A stretch of DNA of 64,000 nucleotides from Candidatus Fervidifonticultor sextus (GCA_031459875.1 JAVKHQ010000002.1:1-64000); one strand, 5' to 3'. Shown: positions 37,295 through 47,271, counted from the first letter of the stretch. Notes: a model not told the origin generated them from the letters alone. A program made the numbers and translations.

Positions 37295-38923
37295 TCACGG
37301 CACCTCGTGTTCCAGACCGGCGAGCGCGCCACGGGCCAAGACGGCGCGGCCGTCGACTACCGTGGCCAGCACCTGCACGCGGAGCAGGTCCTCGGGGGAT
37401 CCGGCATAGGGATCGCGGTCCAGCACGATGAAGTCTGCGACCTTGCCCGCCTCCAGCGAGCCCTGCCACGTCTCGGTGCCGGATGCGTGCGCCGCCCCCA
37501 CCGTGTACGCGCGCACGGCCTCCTCCAGCGTCAGGCATTCCTCCGGATACCACGACCGGCCGCCGGGCTCGCCCTCCCGGCGCCGGGTCACCGCGGCATA
37601 GAGCCCGCGCCAGGGGTCCGGGGTCTCCACCGGCGCGTCGGAGCCAAACGCCAGGACTGCGCCGCTGGCCGCCAGCGACCGCCAGGCATACGCCCACCGG
37701 GCGCGGGCCCCCCAGTAGCGCTCGGCGATCTCCCGATCGGCGGTGGCGTGGACCGGCTGCATCGAGGCGACCACGCCCAGCCGGGCCAGCCGCGGCAGGT
37801 CGTCGGGGTGAAGGAGCTGCACGTGCTCGATGCGGTGCCGCGCGCCGATTCGCCGCGACGCGGCGGCGTGCCGCTCGTACACATCGAGGGCGTCGCGGTT
37901 TGCGCGGTCGCCGATGGCGTGGATGGCGGTCCACAGGCCGGCGGCGACCGCGCGCCCGACCAGGGCGTCGAGTTCCTCGGGCGCGCGCACGCGGATGCCG
38001 GTGTTCTCCGGCTGTCCGTCGAAGGGCAGTAGCATGCTGGCGGTCTGCGATCCAAGGGTCCCGTCGGCGAAGATCTTCACCGGCCCCACACGGAGCATCG
38101 CGTCGCCCAGGCCGGTGCGGATGCCCACCGTCGCCGCGGCGTCCAGGAGCCGGTCGGGCAGGCAGGCGACGACCCGGAGGGTCAGGGCGCCCCGCGCATG
38201 CAGCCGCTGGAGGGCGGCGAAGTGGTCGGCGGCAGCCGCACCGGGGCTGGTGAAGGTGTGCACGCCGGTGATCCCAAACCGGTGCAGGTCGGCGGCGGCG
38301 GCCAGGGCCGCGCGCTCGAGCTGCTCCGGGGTCGGCGGCGGAATGACGCGGCGGACCAACGCCATGGCTTCTTCTTTCAGGAGGCCGTCGGGGAGCCCGA
38401 CGCCATCGCGCCCGATGGCGCCGCCGGGCGGGTCGGGGGTCTTGGGCGTGATCCCGGCCGCGCGCAGGGCCGCCGAGTTCACCCACAGGAGGTGGCCGTC
38501 CTTACTGGTCAACGCCGCCGGCCGGTCGCCAGTGACCGGATCCAGGTCGGCGCGCGTGGGGAACCGGTCCTCCACCCACAGGTTCTTGTCCCAGCCGTGG
38601 CCGAGGATCCAGGCCTCAGGCGGCCGACCCGCGGCGGCAGTCGCCACCGTCCGGACGGCCTCTGCGATCGAGCGGGTCTCCCGCAGGACAACCTGCAGCA
38701 GCCCGAGGCCGTAGCCGACGAGGTGGATGTGCGCGTCGACAAGACCCGGGAACACGGGACGGCCCAGCAGGTCGATGCGCCGGGCACGGGGAAAGGCCGC
38801 CAGGAGGTCGTCGGACTCACCGACCGCCAGGAGCCGCCCGCCGGCGGTGGCCAGGGCCTCCGCCTCGGGGGTCGGACCGCCGCGGGCGTGCACGCGCGCC
38901 CGATAGAACACCGCCAGGGACAT
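37295..38923 (-). CDS. Amidohydrolase family 3 (YtcJ-like)
   Basis: PGLVDAHIH, KIFADG, HAIGDRA, RIEH, GSDAPV. Confidence 0.9.
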   Translation of the reverse strand: MSLAVFYRARVHARGGPTPEAEALATAGGRLLAVGESDDLLAAFPRARRIDLLGRPVFPGLVDAHIHLVGYGLGLLQVVLRETRSIAEAVRTVATAAAGRPPEAWILGHGWDKNLWVEDRFPTRADLDPVTGDRPAALTSKDGHLLWVNSAALRAAGITPKTPDPPGGAIGRDGVGLPDGLLKEEAMALVRRVIPPPTPEQLERAALAAAADLHRFGITGVHTFTSPGAAAADHFAALQRLHARGALTLRVVACLPDRLLDAAATVGIRTGLGDAMLRVGPVKIFADGTLGSQTASMLLPFDGQPENTGIRVRAPEELDALVGRAVAAGLWTAIHAIGDRANRDALDVYERHAAASRRIGARHRIEHVQLLHPDDLPRLARLGVVASMQPVHATADREIAERYWGARARWAYAWRSLAASGAVLAFGSDAPVETPDPWRGLYAAVTRRREGEPGGRSWYPEECLTLEEAVRAYTVGAAHASGTETWQGSLEAGKVADFIVLDRDPYAGSPEDLLRVQVLATVVDGRAVLARGALAGLEHEVP

Positions 38924-38959
38924 GGGCAGGGGAAACGTTCCCCGGCGGCCGGCGATCTC

Positions 38960-39445
38960 CTACCCGGGCAGCGCCCGCAGCAGCCTCGCCATCTGGATCG
39001 CCGCCTGCGCCGCCTCCTCGCCGCGGTTCACCGTGCCGCCGGCGCGCGCGGCCGCCTGGGCGGGGTCGAAGACCGCCAGCACCTCGTTGATGAGCGGCAC
39101 GCCGGTTTCGAGGGCGACCCGCGCGATCCCTGCCGCCGCGTTCTGCGCCACCAGGTCGAAGTGCAGCGTCTCGCCCTTGATCACGCACCCCAGGCAGATG
39201 ACTGCGTCGTACCGCCGGGTCTCGGCCAGGCGGCGGGCCGCCAGGGGGATCTCAAGGGCGCCGGGCACCCAGGCCACATCCACCCGTGCGGCGCCCCGCT
39301 GCGCCAGGACCGCCTGGGCACCCTCCAGGAGCCGCTGCGTGATGGCCTCGTTGTACCGGCTGACGACGATGGCAAACGACAGGCCGGTGGCGTCGTCGCC
39401 GCCGCGGTAGACGCGGGACCCGGCCTCCATGGCGCCAGCGGTCAC
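38960..39445 (-). CDS. ribH: 6,7-dimethyl-8-ribityllumazine synthase
   Basis: VSRYN, VPGALEIP, LGCVIKGETLHFD. Confidence 0.95.
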   Translation of the reverse strand: MTAGAMEAGSRVYRGGDDATGLSFAIVVSRYNEAITQRLLEGAQAVLAQRGAARVDVAWVPGALEIPLAARRLAETRRYDAVICLGCVIKGETLHFDLVAQNAAAGIARVALETGVPLINEVLAVFDPAQAAARAGGTVNRGEEAAQAAIQMARLLRALPG

Positions 39446-39458
39446 GGAACGGTCCTCC

Positions 39459-40682
39459 CTACTCGAGGCTGAGCAGGTGCCCCAGGCGGTGGCGCTTGGC
39501 CTTCAGGTAGGCGTAGTTCTCGCGGTTCGGGGGGACCTCCAGGGGCACACGTTCGACGACCTGGAGCCCGTAACCCTCCAGCCCGGCCCGCTTCAGCGGG
39601 TTGTTGGTCAGCAGGCGCATCTGCCGCACGCCGAGGTCGGCCAGGATCTGGGCGCCGACGCCGTAGTCGCGCGGGTCCGGCGGGAACCCCAACAGTTCGT
39701 TGGCCTCCACGGTGTCGCTCCCCCGGTCCTGCAGCGCGTAGGCCCGGATCTTGTTGTCCAGCCCGATCCCGCGGCCTTCCTGGCGGATGTAGACGACGAC
39801 GCCGCGGCCCTCCTGCTGGATCATGCGCATGGCGGCCTGGAGCTGCTCGCGGCAGTCGCACCGCAACGACCCGAAGACTTCGCCCGTCAGACACTCGGAG
39901 TGCATCCGGACCAGCACCGGCGCCCCGTCGTCGACGGTGCCCTTCACCAGGGCCATGTGGTGCGAACCGTCCAGGAGGTTCTCATAGACGACGCCGGTGA
40001 ACTCGCCGACGGTGGTGGGCAGGCGGGTCTGCCCCTCCCGCCGCACGAACCGGTCGGTGCGCAGGCGGTGGCGGATCAGGTCCTTCACGGTGAGGATCTT
40101 CAGGCCGAAGCGCCTGGCCATCTGGCGCAGCTCCGGCAGGCGGGCCATGGTGCCGTCTTCGTGGACGATCTCGCAGACGACCCCCGCGGGCTGGAGCCCG
40201 GCCAGGCGCGCCAGGTCCAGCACGGCCTCGGTGTGCCCGGCGCGCCGCAGCACCCCGCCGGGCGCCGCGCGCAGGGGGAAGACGTGACCCGGCCGCACCA
40301 GGTCGTCGGGTCCGCCCTCTTTGGCCAGCAGGCGGATGGTGAGCGCGCGGTCGTGGGCCGAGGTCCCCGTGCCGCCGCGGCGGGCGTCCACCGACACGGT
40401 GAACGCCGTCCCGTACTTCGAAGTGTTCTCGGTCACCATGAGGGGCAGCCGGAGGTCGTCGCACCGCTCCGGGGTGAGCGGGACGCAGATGAGCCCGCGG
40501 CCATGGGTCATCATGAAGTTGACGGCCTCCGGCGTGGCGTGCTCGGCCGCCATGATGAGGTCGCCCTCGTTCTCACGGGCCTCGTCGTCCACGACGATGA
40601 GCATCCGCCCGGCCCGCAGGTCCTCCACCGCCTCCTCCACCGTGGCGAACTCGCTCCTGGCGACCTCGGTGCGATCCGTCAT
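39459..40682 (-). CDS. ribBA: Bifunctional DHBP synthase / GTP cyclohydrolase II
   Basis: DDEARENEGD, RRAGHTEA, RMHSECLTG, CDC, QEGRGIGL. Confidence 0.95.
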   Translation of the reverse strand: MTDRTEVARSEFATVEEAVEDLRAGRMLIVVDDEARENEGDLIMAAEHATPEAVNFMMTHGRGLICVPLTPERCDDLRLPLMVTENTSKYGTAFTVSVDARRGGTGTSAHDRALTIRLLAKEGGPDDLVRPGHVFPLRAAPGGVLRRAGHTEAVLDLARLAGLQPAGVVCEIVHEDGTMARLPELRQMARRFGLKILTVKDLIRHRLRTDRFVRREGQTRLPTTVGEFTGVVYENLLDGSHHMALVKGTVDDGAPVLVRMHSECLTGEVFGSLRCDCREQLQAAMRMIQQEGRGVVVYIRQEGRGIGLDNKIRAYALQDRGSDTVEANELLGFPPDPRDYGVGAQILADLGVRQMRLLTNNPLKRAGLEGYGLQVVERVPLEVPPNRENYAYLKAKRHRLGHLLSLE

Positions 40683-41281
40683 CTGCCCTGCGCTCCTCTG
40701 GCGAGCCGCTCCACGTACTTGGCCAGGATGTCCACCTCGAGGTTGACGCGATCGCCGCGGCCCCGCCGCCCCAGCGTCGTGACCGCCAGGGTATGGGGGA
40801 TCAGCGCCACGGCAAAGGGCCCCCCGTCGCGCGCACGCGCCACCGTGAGGCTGACCCCGTCCACGGCAATCGAGCCCTTCTCGACGATGTACGGCAGCAG
40901 GTCGGACGGCGGCTGGATCTCCATCCAGACCCCGTCGCCCTGGGGTTCGAGGGCCGTGATGGTGCCCACGCCGTCAATGTGCCCCTGGACGATGTGGCCG
41001 CCCAGCCGCTGGTCGAAGCGCAGCGGGCGCTCCAGGTTGACGGGGTCGCCGGGCCGCAGCGCTCCCAGCGTCGTCCGGCGCAGCGTCTCGACCGCCAGGT
41101 CCGCCTCGAACGCCCCGCCGTCGACCGCCACGATGGTCAGGCACACCCCGCTGACCGCGATGCTCTCGCCCACGCGGGCGCCGTCCAGCAGCGCCCCGGC
41201 GTGCACCCGCAGGCGTGCCCCGCCCGGCCCATGCTTCACACCCCGGACCTCGCCCATCGCCTCGATGATGCCGGTGAACAT
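40679..41281 (-). CDS. ribE: Riboflavin synthase (alpha chain)
   Basis: MFTGII, VNLER, GGHIVQGHIDG, KGSIAVDGVSLT. Confidence 0.95.
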   Translation of the reverse strand: MFTGIIEAMGEVRGVKHGPGGARLRVHAGALLDGARVGESIAVSGVCLTIVAVDGGAFEADLAVETLRRTTLGALRPGDPVNLERPLRFDQRLGGHIVQGHIDGVGTITALEPQGDGVWMEIQPPSDLLPYIVEKGSIAVDGVSLTVARARDGGPFAVALIPHTLAVTTLGRRGRGDRVNLEVDILAKYVERLARGAQGR

Positions 41282-42405
41282 CACCCCTCCCCCGCCGCGG
41301 CCAGGTAGCCTTCGACCACGAGGTCTTCGCCCAGCGGCCGGACCTGCACGTCGCGCAGCTGGATCGCGCCGGCGACACCGTTCAGGCCGGGACCGTCCAG
41401 CGGCGTGGGCGCCTGCGCGCCGCCGAGCAGGCGCGGGGCGATCAGCGCGATGACCTTGTCCACCACGCCCGAGGCCAGCGCCGAGGCATTCACGGTCCCG
41501 CCGCCCTCGATGAGCACGCTGAGCAGCCCGCGGCGGCCCAACGTCTGCATCAGGGCGCGGAGGTCCACCGGCCCGCCGGTATGGTCCTGCACGAGCACCT
41601 CCACGCCGGCACGGCGCAAGGCCTCCACACGGTCTGCCGGCGCGGCGGCGGTGGTGGCGACCAATGTCGGCGCGTCGGCCACGCCGGTCACCACGCGGGC
41701 ACCCGGCGGCGTCCGCAGCCGGGAATCCACGACGATGCGCAGGGGGTTGCGGGGCGCCGGCTGGGCGTCCGCCGGGAGCCGGCACGTGAGCTGCGGGTCA
41801 TCGGCCAGCACCGTCTGGACCCCCACCAGCACTGCGTCGTAGCGGTTGCGCAGTTCGTGCGCGTAGCGACGGGCGGCTTCGCCGGTGATCGCGGTGGCGC
41901 TGCCCCGGCGCGCGGCGATCTTGCCGTCCAGACTCATCGCCCATTTGAGCGCGACGAACGGCACGCCGGTCCGCCGGTGTTTGACGTAGAACTCGTTGAC
42001 CCGCCGCGCCCGGGCTTCGAGGACGCCGACCGCCACGTCCACCCCGGCCTCCCGCAGCCGCGCGAGGCCCCGGCCGTTCACCCGGGGATCGGGATCGGCC
42101 ATGGCCGCGACCACCCGGCGGACGCCGGCGTTGATCAGCGCTTCGGTGCACGGGCCGGTCCTGCCGGCGTGGCAGCAGGGCTCGAGCGTGACGTAGAGGG
42201 TGGCACCGCGCGCCCGACCGCCGGCTTCGCGCAGCGCCACGACCTCGGCGTGCGCCGCCCCGGCCCGGGCGTGGAAGCCACGCCCCACGACCTGCCCGTC
42301 GGCGACGACCAGGGCGCCGACCAGCGGGTTGGGGCTGGTCCGCCCCGCCGCGCGTTGGGCGAGCGCGAGCGCTTCTTCCATCATCCTGGTGTCGTCTCCC
42401 GTCAT
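41281..42405 (-). CDS. ribD: Riboflavin deaminase/reductase
   Basis: PNPLVG, HAE, TLEPCCH, SLDGKIA, IEGG. Confidence 0.95.
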   Translation of the reverse strand: MTGDDTRMMEEALALAQRAAGRTSPNPLVGALVVADGQVVGRGFHARAGAAHAEVVALREAGGRARGATLYVTLEPCCHAGRTGPCTEALINAGVRRVVAAMADPDPRVNGRGLARLREAGVDVAVGVLEARARRVNEFYVKHRRTGVPFVALKWAMSLDGKIAARRGSATAITGEAARRYAHELRNRYDAVLVGVQTVLADDPQLTCRLPADAQPAPRNPLRIVVDSRLRTPPGARVVTGVADAPTLVATTAAAPADRVEALRRAGVEVLVQDHTGGPVDLRALMQTLGRRGLLSVLIEGGGTVNASALASGVVDKVIALIAPRLLGGAQAPTPLDGPGLNGVAGAIQLRDVQVRPLGEDLVVEGYLAAAGEG

Positions 42406-42422
42406 CCTGACCTGCGCTCAGC

Positions 42423-42460
42423 AAAACACGAACGCCCGGGATCCACAGACCTCCGGGCGC
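42423..42460 (-). terminator. Intrinsic terminator in the FMN riboswitch expression platform
   Basis: Minus strand GCGCCCGG...CCGGGCGT then TCGTGTTTT, between the aptamer and ribD. Confidence 0.6.
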
Positions 42461-42549
42461 AACACACATCCGGAGCGGCATTCGGGCTGACCACCGCGGC
42501 ACCCATAAAGCCACCGCGGCCCGGCCACCCAAACCCGGACTCCACGTCC

Positions 42550-42691
42550 GACCTTCTCCCATCCGGACTATACCGTCGGCCCCGGAGTTCCACCGGATCA
42601 GCCCCGCCGCACGCGCGCCGAGGGTCGCGGGCTATTACCGCCGATCGGGAATTGCCGGCACATCCGGCCGGCTCACCCTGCCCCGAAGGTC
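42550..42691 (-). ncRNA. FMN (RFN) riboswitch
   Basis: GGGGCAGGGTGA...AATTCCCGATCGGCGGT..AGCCCGCGA...GATCCGGTGGAACTCCGGGGCCGACGGTATAGTCCGGATGGGAGAAG upstream of ribD. Confidence 0.95.
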
Positions 42692-42712
42692 TGCTATTCG
42701 GTTGACAGGTGT

Positions 42713-42741
42713 AGTGTAGCATCAGAGGCAAAGAGCGGCAA
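42713..42741 (-). promoter_or_regulatory. Sigma70 promoter for the rib leader
   Basis: TTGCCG-17 bp-TACACT with TG extension, about 20 bp before the aptamer. Confidence 0.6.
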
Positions 42742-42834
42742 GGCAGACGCGCCGGCCCCAACCCCGTGATCCGGAGCGGCGGCCGCCACCAGACCGGCAG
42801 GCAACCGGCCCATCCCCTGCGAATGTCTGGCTGA

Positions 42835-43515
42835 GTGAGCCGATACCAGCCGCCGCCGCGCAGCGCCTTTACACCCAGGGAACTCGCCATCATCGACGCC
42901 CACCGCACGCCCCGGCAGGTCCAGCACTTCCTCGACTACGGCCTCCGGTACAACCACCACCGCGTGGGGAAGTGCTTGCGCTCGTTCCGCCAGGTGCTGC
43001 GCGAGGGTGAGGTCATGTGCATGGAAGCCGCCCTGGTCGCGGCCGTGATCCTGGAGCAGCACGGCTATCCCCCCCTTGTCGTCAGCCTGGAGTCGCAGGA
43101 CGACCTGGATCACGTCCTCTTCGTCTTCCAGCACCGCGGCCGGTGGGGCGCGGTGGCCCGCTCGCGGGATGCAGGCCTGCACGGGCGGAAGCCCGTGTTC
43201 CGGACCATCCGGGACATGGTCTGGAGCTACTACGATCCCTACGTGGACTTCACCGGACGGCTCACCGGCTACGCGCTGGTCGACCTGCGCCAGGTGGGCG
43301 CCTACGACTGGCGGTTCAACGAGCGGAACATGTGGTGGCTCGAGCGCTACCTCATCGACTATCCCCACGTGCGCCTGCGCTCATCGGACCGGCGATACCG
43401 ACGGCTCCGGCAGCGATACGTCGAATTCCGGCGGCAGCATCCGGACGCGCCGGTGGTCTACTACCCCGGTCGGGAACGCTGGATGTCGGCCGGACCCACT
43501 CCGACCCGCGCCTAG
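42835..43515 (+). CDS. Vasohibin-like / transglutaminase-fold putative cysteine protease
   Basis: MCMEAALVA, DHVLFVF, GRWGAVARSR, KPVFRTIRDMV. Confidence 0.6.
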   Translation: MSRYQPPPRSAFTPRELAIIDAHRTPRQVQHFLDYGLRYNHHRVGKCLRSFRQVLREGEVMCMEAALVAAVILEQHGYPPLVVSLESQDDLDHVLFVFQHRGRWGAVARSRDAGLHGRKPVFRTIRDMVWSYYDPYVDFTGRLTGYALVDLRQVGAYDWRFNERNMWWLERYLIDYPHVRLRSSDRRYRRLRQRYVEFRRQHPDAPVVYYPGRERWMSAGPTPTRA

Positions 43516-43541
43516 GCAGGGCCGAGCCGAGCCGCCCGCCG

Positions 43542-44816
43542 CTAGCCGTGGACCGGTGCCCGAAGCGGCCGGGCCGAGCGCACCTGCGAGAGTTCCTGGA
43601 CGAGACCAACGACCAGCCTGGCCGCTTCCTCCAGATGGGCCGGCGTCACGTTGGCGGGCACGTCGGTCGGCTGATGGTAGTGGGGATCCACTCCCCGATG
43701 CAGGAAGACCGTACGGATGCCGTAGGACTCGAAACTCACGTGGTCGCTTCCGGCGGCCCGGAACCGGGACACGGGGATCCCCAGACGCTGGGCGACCCGC
43801 TCGGCGGCGCTGACGATCGCGTCGTCGCGACCCGGGGAGGTGCCGACCATGAGCCGCTGGCCCCACCCGACCATGTCGAGGTTGATCATGGCCACCACAC
43901 CCTGCCGGCGCTCCTCGGCGAACGCCCGCGAGCCGTAGAGGCCCAATTCCTCGGCGGCGAACAGGACGAACTGGACCGTGCGCGCGGTCGGCACGCCGGC
44001 CAGGACCCGGGCAGCCTCCAGCGTGGCGGCGACGCCGGACGCGTTGTCGTTGGCGCCGGGGGCGGCGGGGACCGAATCGTAGTGGCCGCCGACGACGATG
44101 GTCTCGTCGGGCCGCACCTCTCCGCGCTTGGTGGCGACGACATTGACCGTGGAACGGCTCTCGAAGACGGTGTCGGCGACCACGCGCAGGCGCACGCGCC
44201 CCTGCTGCGCGGCCTCTGCCAGGCGCCAGCCCTCGTCTTGCGAGATGGAGACCGCCGGGATCTCCGACCGCTGTCCCAGAGTCCCGGAGAGGATCCCGGG
44301 CTGATTGTTGTAGATGACGACGGCGAGCGCCCCGCGCGCGGCGGCATTGGCCGCCTTCTCGCGGAAGGTGATGCTCCCGCGCTCAACGAGCGCCACCACG
44401 CCGCGCACCGGTTTTCCCTCGAAGTCGGCGGGCCGGCCCAGGCCGGCCACCACCACATCGGCTTCGATCCCGCCCGGCGGCGTTGATGCCGAGAAGAAGA
44501 GCGCCTGCGCGGCGATCGTCCGGGCCGAGGGGCCCAGCTGCACCACCTCGACGCGTCGGGCCTCGAAGAACGGGAACTGGAAGGTGTGGAACTCAACGGG
44601 ATACCCGTATTGACGGAGTTGCGTGGCCAGATAGTCGGCGGCCTGCCGCTCCGATGGCGTCCCGGCCGCGCGCGGCCCGATGACGCCGGCCAGGTGCTGG
44701 ACGTGCGCGAAGGCCGCATCGCCAGATGGCGCAGGCTGCGCCACCACCGCCGGCCCGAGCAGGGCCAGCGCGGCCATCACTGCCAGTGGAATTGACCCTG
44801 CCCGGCGCATTCGCAT
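43542..44816 (-). CDS. Secreted M28 aminopeptidase with PA domain
   Basis: GHYDSV, GANDNASG, AEELGL, NLDM, SDH, YHQPTD; signal peptide. Confidence 0.92.
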   Translation of the reverse strand: MRMRRAGSIPLAVMAALALLGPAVVAQPAPSGDAAFAHVQHLAGVIGPRAAGTPSERQAADYLATQLRQYGYPVEFHTFQFPFFEARRVEVVQLGPSARTIAAQALFFSASTPPGGIEADVVVAGLGRPADFEGKPVRGVVALVERGSITFREKAANAAARGALAVVIYNNQPGILSGTLGQRSEIPAVSISQDEGWRLAEAAQQGRVRLRVVADTVFESRSTVNVVATKRGEVRPDETIVVGGHYDSVPAAPGANDNASGVAATLEAARVLAGVPTARTVQFVLFAAEELGLYGSRAFAEERRQGVVAMINLDMVGWGQRLMVGTSPGRDDAIVSAAERVAQRLGIPVSRFRAAGSDHVSFESYGIRTVFLHRGVDPHYHQPTDVPANVTPAHLEEAARLVVGLVQELSQVRSARPLRAPVHG

Positions 44817-44879
44817 GCCGCCACCCCCCGGAACGTGTACAGGATAACGACGCACCCGGCGCGTTTGTTTCCTGCCTGC

Positions 44880-45353
44880 CTACTGCGGCCGGGCCAGGTC
44901 GGCGCTTTGGCCTCCGGTCGCGCGGACCAGATCCTCCGGCGCAACGGCGAAGATCGCGGTCGGCGTGCCCGCCGCGGCGTAGACGACCTCGTACTGCAGG
45001 AGATCCTCGTCGATGAGCGTCTCCATCGGTGTCGCATGTCCCACCGGCGGGACCCCGCCGATGGCGAACCCGGTGGCCTCGCGCACGTAGTCGGCATCGG
45101 CGCGCTGGACGTGGACGGCCCCGAGGGCACGCGCCAGTTTCGTCGGATCGACCTGGTTCTTCCCCGAGGCCAGCACCAGGACCGGCCGGCCGTCGGCGAT
45201 GAACACCAGCGACTTCACGATCTGCCCCAGGGTGGTTCCGATGGCCCTGGCCGCATCCTGCGCCGTGCGCGTCCCCTGGGGGAACTCGAGGATCTCGACG
45301 GACACCCCCGCGGCCTCCAGCGCCTGGCGCACGCGGTCGGTGGCCGACGGCAC
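44880..45353 (-). CDS. YbaK/EbsC aminoacyl-tRNA editing family protein
   Basis: IVKSLVF, TGFAIGGVPP, AAAGT. Confidence 0.9.
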   Translation of the reverse strand: MPSATDRVRQALEAAGVSVEILEFPQGTRTAQDAARAIGTTLGQIVKSLVFIADGRPVLVLASGKNQVDPTKLARALGAVHVQRADADYVREATGFAIGGVPPVGHATPMETLIDEDLLQYEVVYAAAGTPTAIFAVAPEDLVRATGGQSADLARPQ

Positions 45354-45359
45354 GGGCGC

Positions 45360-46154
45360 CTACGGCCGCCGGGCGGGAAACCGGCCGGCCAGCGCGGCCT
45401 GGACGATGGCCTTGACCTCTGGGTGGAAATCCTTCCGGAGGACCCACTGCAGGAAGCCGCGATCTCGCTCCGCGACCTCGCGCAGCCGCCGGCCGCGGAT
45501 GCCCTCCGGTCCGAAGGCAAAGACGGCTTCTCCACCCTCCCAGAGGAACTTGCCTGTGGCATCCACGGCGTCGGGATCGCGCGGCTTCGGGGTGAAAAAC
45601 TCGGCCAGTTCCTGCGGGGTCCGCGGGAGGTCGGGGTAGGTGGCCAGCTGCGCGTCCAGGACCTCCAATGACGCCTCCACGTCGGCCCTGGCACTGTGGG
45701 GCTCGGCCAGATCCTTCCCGCAGTAATACCTGTAGGCGGCCGTCAGGTCACGGGGCACCTTGCGGTGGTAGATCACCTGGGCGTCTACGACCGCGCGGCC
45801 GGTCATGTCCAGGCGCAGCCCCGCCAGCGCCAGTTCGCGGTGGAGGATCGGCAGGTCGAACCGATGGATGTTGAATCCGGCCAGGTCCGCATCGCCGATG
45901 AAGGCCAGCAGGTCGCGCGCGATCTCCGGAAACCGCGGCGCGTCCGCCACGTCGGCGTCGGTGATCCCGTGGAAACGCGTGGATTCCGGCGGGATCGGCA
46001 CCCCGGGGTGGACCCGGCGCGTCAGCGTGTCGCGGCGGCCGTCGGGATGGACCTTGATGAGCGAGATCTCCACCACGCGGTCACTCGCGGGGTTGACGCC
46101 GGTGGTCTCCACGTCGAGGAAGACGATGGGGCGCTGGAGCCGCAGGGTGCGCAC
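45360..46154 (-). CDS. DnaQ-like DEDDh 3'-5' exonuclease
   Basis: DVETTG, GFNIHRFD, HSARAD. Confidence 0.9.
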   Translation of the reverse strand: MRTLRLQRPIVFLDVETTGVNPASDRVVEISLIKVHPDGRRDTLTRRVHPGVPIPPESTRFHGITDADVADAPRFPEIARDLLAFIGDADLAGFNIHRFDLPILHRELALAGLRLDMTGRAVVDAQVIYHRKVPRDLTAAYRYYCGKDLAEPHSARADVEASLEVLDAQLATYPDLPRTPQELAEFFTPKPRDPDAVDATGKFLWEGGEAVFAFGPEGIRGRRLREVAERDRGFLQWVLRKDFHPEVKAIVQAALAGRFPARRP

Positions 46155-46191
46155 AGCATGTGGGGTTCGCGTGGCGGAGGCCGGGCTCCTA

Positions 46192-47271
46192 CTAGAAGTG
46201 CGCGATGAGCCGGTGGAGGTAGCCCAACCCCGCGCTCTGGAGCAGCACGACGGCGCCGGCGACGGCGGCCAGCCGGAGCAGGCGCCGCGCGCGGATCGAC
46301 TCCGCCCTCGCCTGCGATCCGGATCCAGCCCCTCCTGCGATGGCCGGGAGCCGGCGCGCCGCCACCGTCAGACCGGTCAGGCACGTCAGCAACGCCAGGA
46401 CGACCCCGTGCTTGGCAAACAGCAGCATGCCGTAGCCCGCCCCGAACGGGACGCGTCCGAACTGCGCCAGGCGGCGCTGCAGGCTGCCGGATCGCCAGTC
46501 CACCTCGACGGGCATGTTGTAGAGCGAGTTGTACACCCCCGTGGCCGCCAGTAGCGCCACCGCGATCCAGGAGACGGCGACGAGCCGGCGCAGTGCGGAG
46601 GCGGCGGGAGGCTGTCCCGCGCCCCCCGTCGCGCGCAGCGCGGGCCACACGAACCCTGCGATCAGGAGCCCGCTCACCCACACCGCGCCGACCATCAGGT
46701 GCACCGTCAGCACCCCCAGGTTGACCCACTCGCGGCCGCCCAGGCGCACCCCGGCGGCCGTCGCGATGACCTGGAGCGTCTCGCGCCGGCCTGCGCCGGC
46801 CTGCCCGGTCACGTGCACCTCGAGGGTCTTGCGCACCGGGACGACGGGGCCGCTGACTTCAACGTCCAGCGTCCAGCGCGCCGGATGCAGGAATGTTACC
46901 GCGCCGGCATACAGTCCTGGGACGTACGGCGATTCCTCGAACGTCAGCGTGGGCAGGATCATCCGGTGGGGTTCGGCCATGCTCGGCGTCACCCGCACCG
47001 TGGCGTGGCGGATGGGCTCGCGGCTGTCCTGATCCAGGAGGCGCACGGACACCAACCAGGTGATCTGTTCTGTCGGCTGCGTCAGGACGCGGACCTCAGG
47101 GACCGGCCGGCCGAAGCGGTGCGCCAGCGCGGGAGCGCCGGCGAGGAGGCCGCCTGCCAGCGCGACCGCCAGGCCACCGGCCAGAGCCGCCAGCAGCCTT
47201 CCGGTCAGCCAGCGGTCGCGGCGGACGCCTACGGACTCCAGATGCGAGTCCCGGGCCGGTAGGACGCCCAC
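46192..47271 (-). CDS. YtkA/FixH-like plus CopD-like membrane protein
   Basis: MAEPHRM, GLYAG..F...W Ig-like part; HLMVGAVWVSGL, TGVYN and YG.LLFAKH CopD-like helices. Start uncertain. Confidence 0.6.
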   Translation of the reverse strand: MGVLPARDSHLESVGVRRDRWLTGRLLAALAGGLAVALAGGLLAGAPALAHRFGRPVPEVRVLTQPTEQITWLVSVRLLDQDSREPIRHATVRVTPSMAEPHRMILPTLTFEESPYVPGLYAGAVTFLHPARWTLDVEVSGPVVPVRKTLEVHVTGQAGAGRRETLQVIATAAGVRLGGREWVNLGVLTVHLMVGAVWVSGLLIAGFVWPALRATGGAGQPPAASALRRLVAVSWIAVALLAATGVYNSLYNMPVEVDWRSGSLQRRLAQFGRVPFGAGYGMLLFAKHGVVLALLTCLTGLTVAARRLPAIAGGAGSGSQARAESIRARRLLRLAAVAGAVVLLQSAGLGYLHRLIAHF

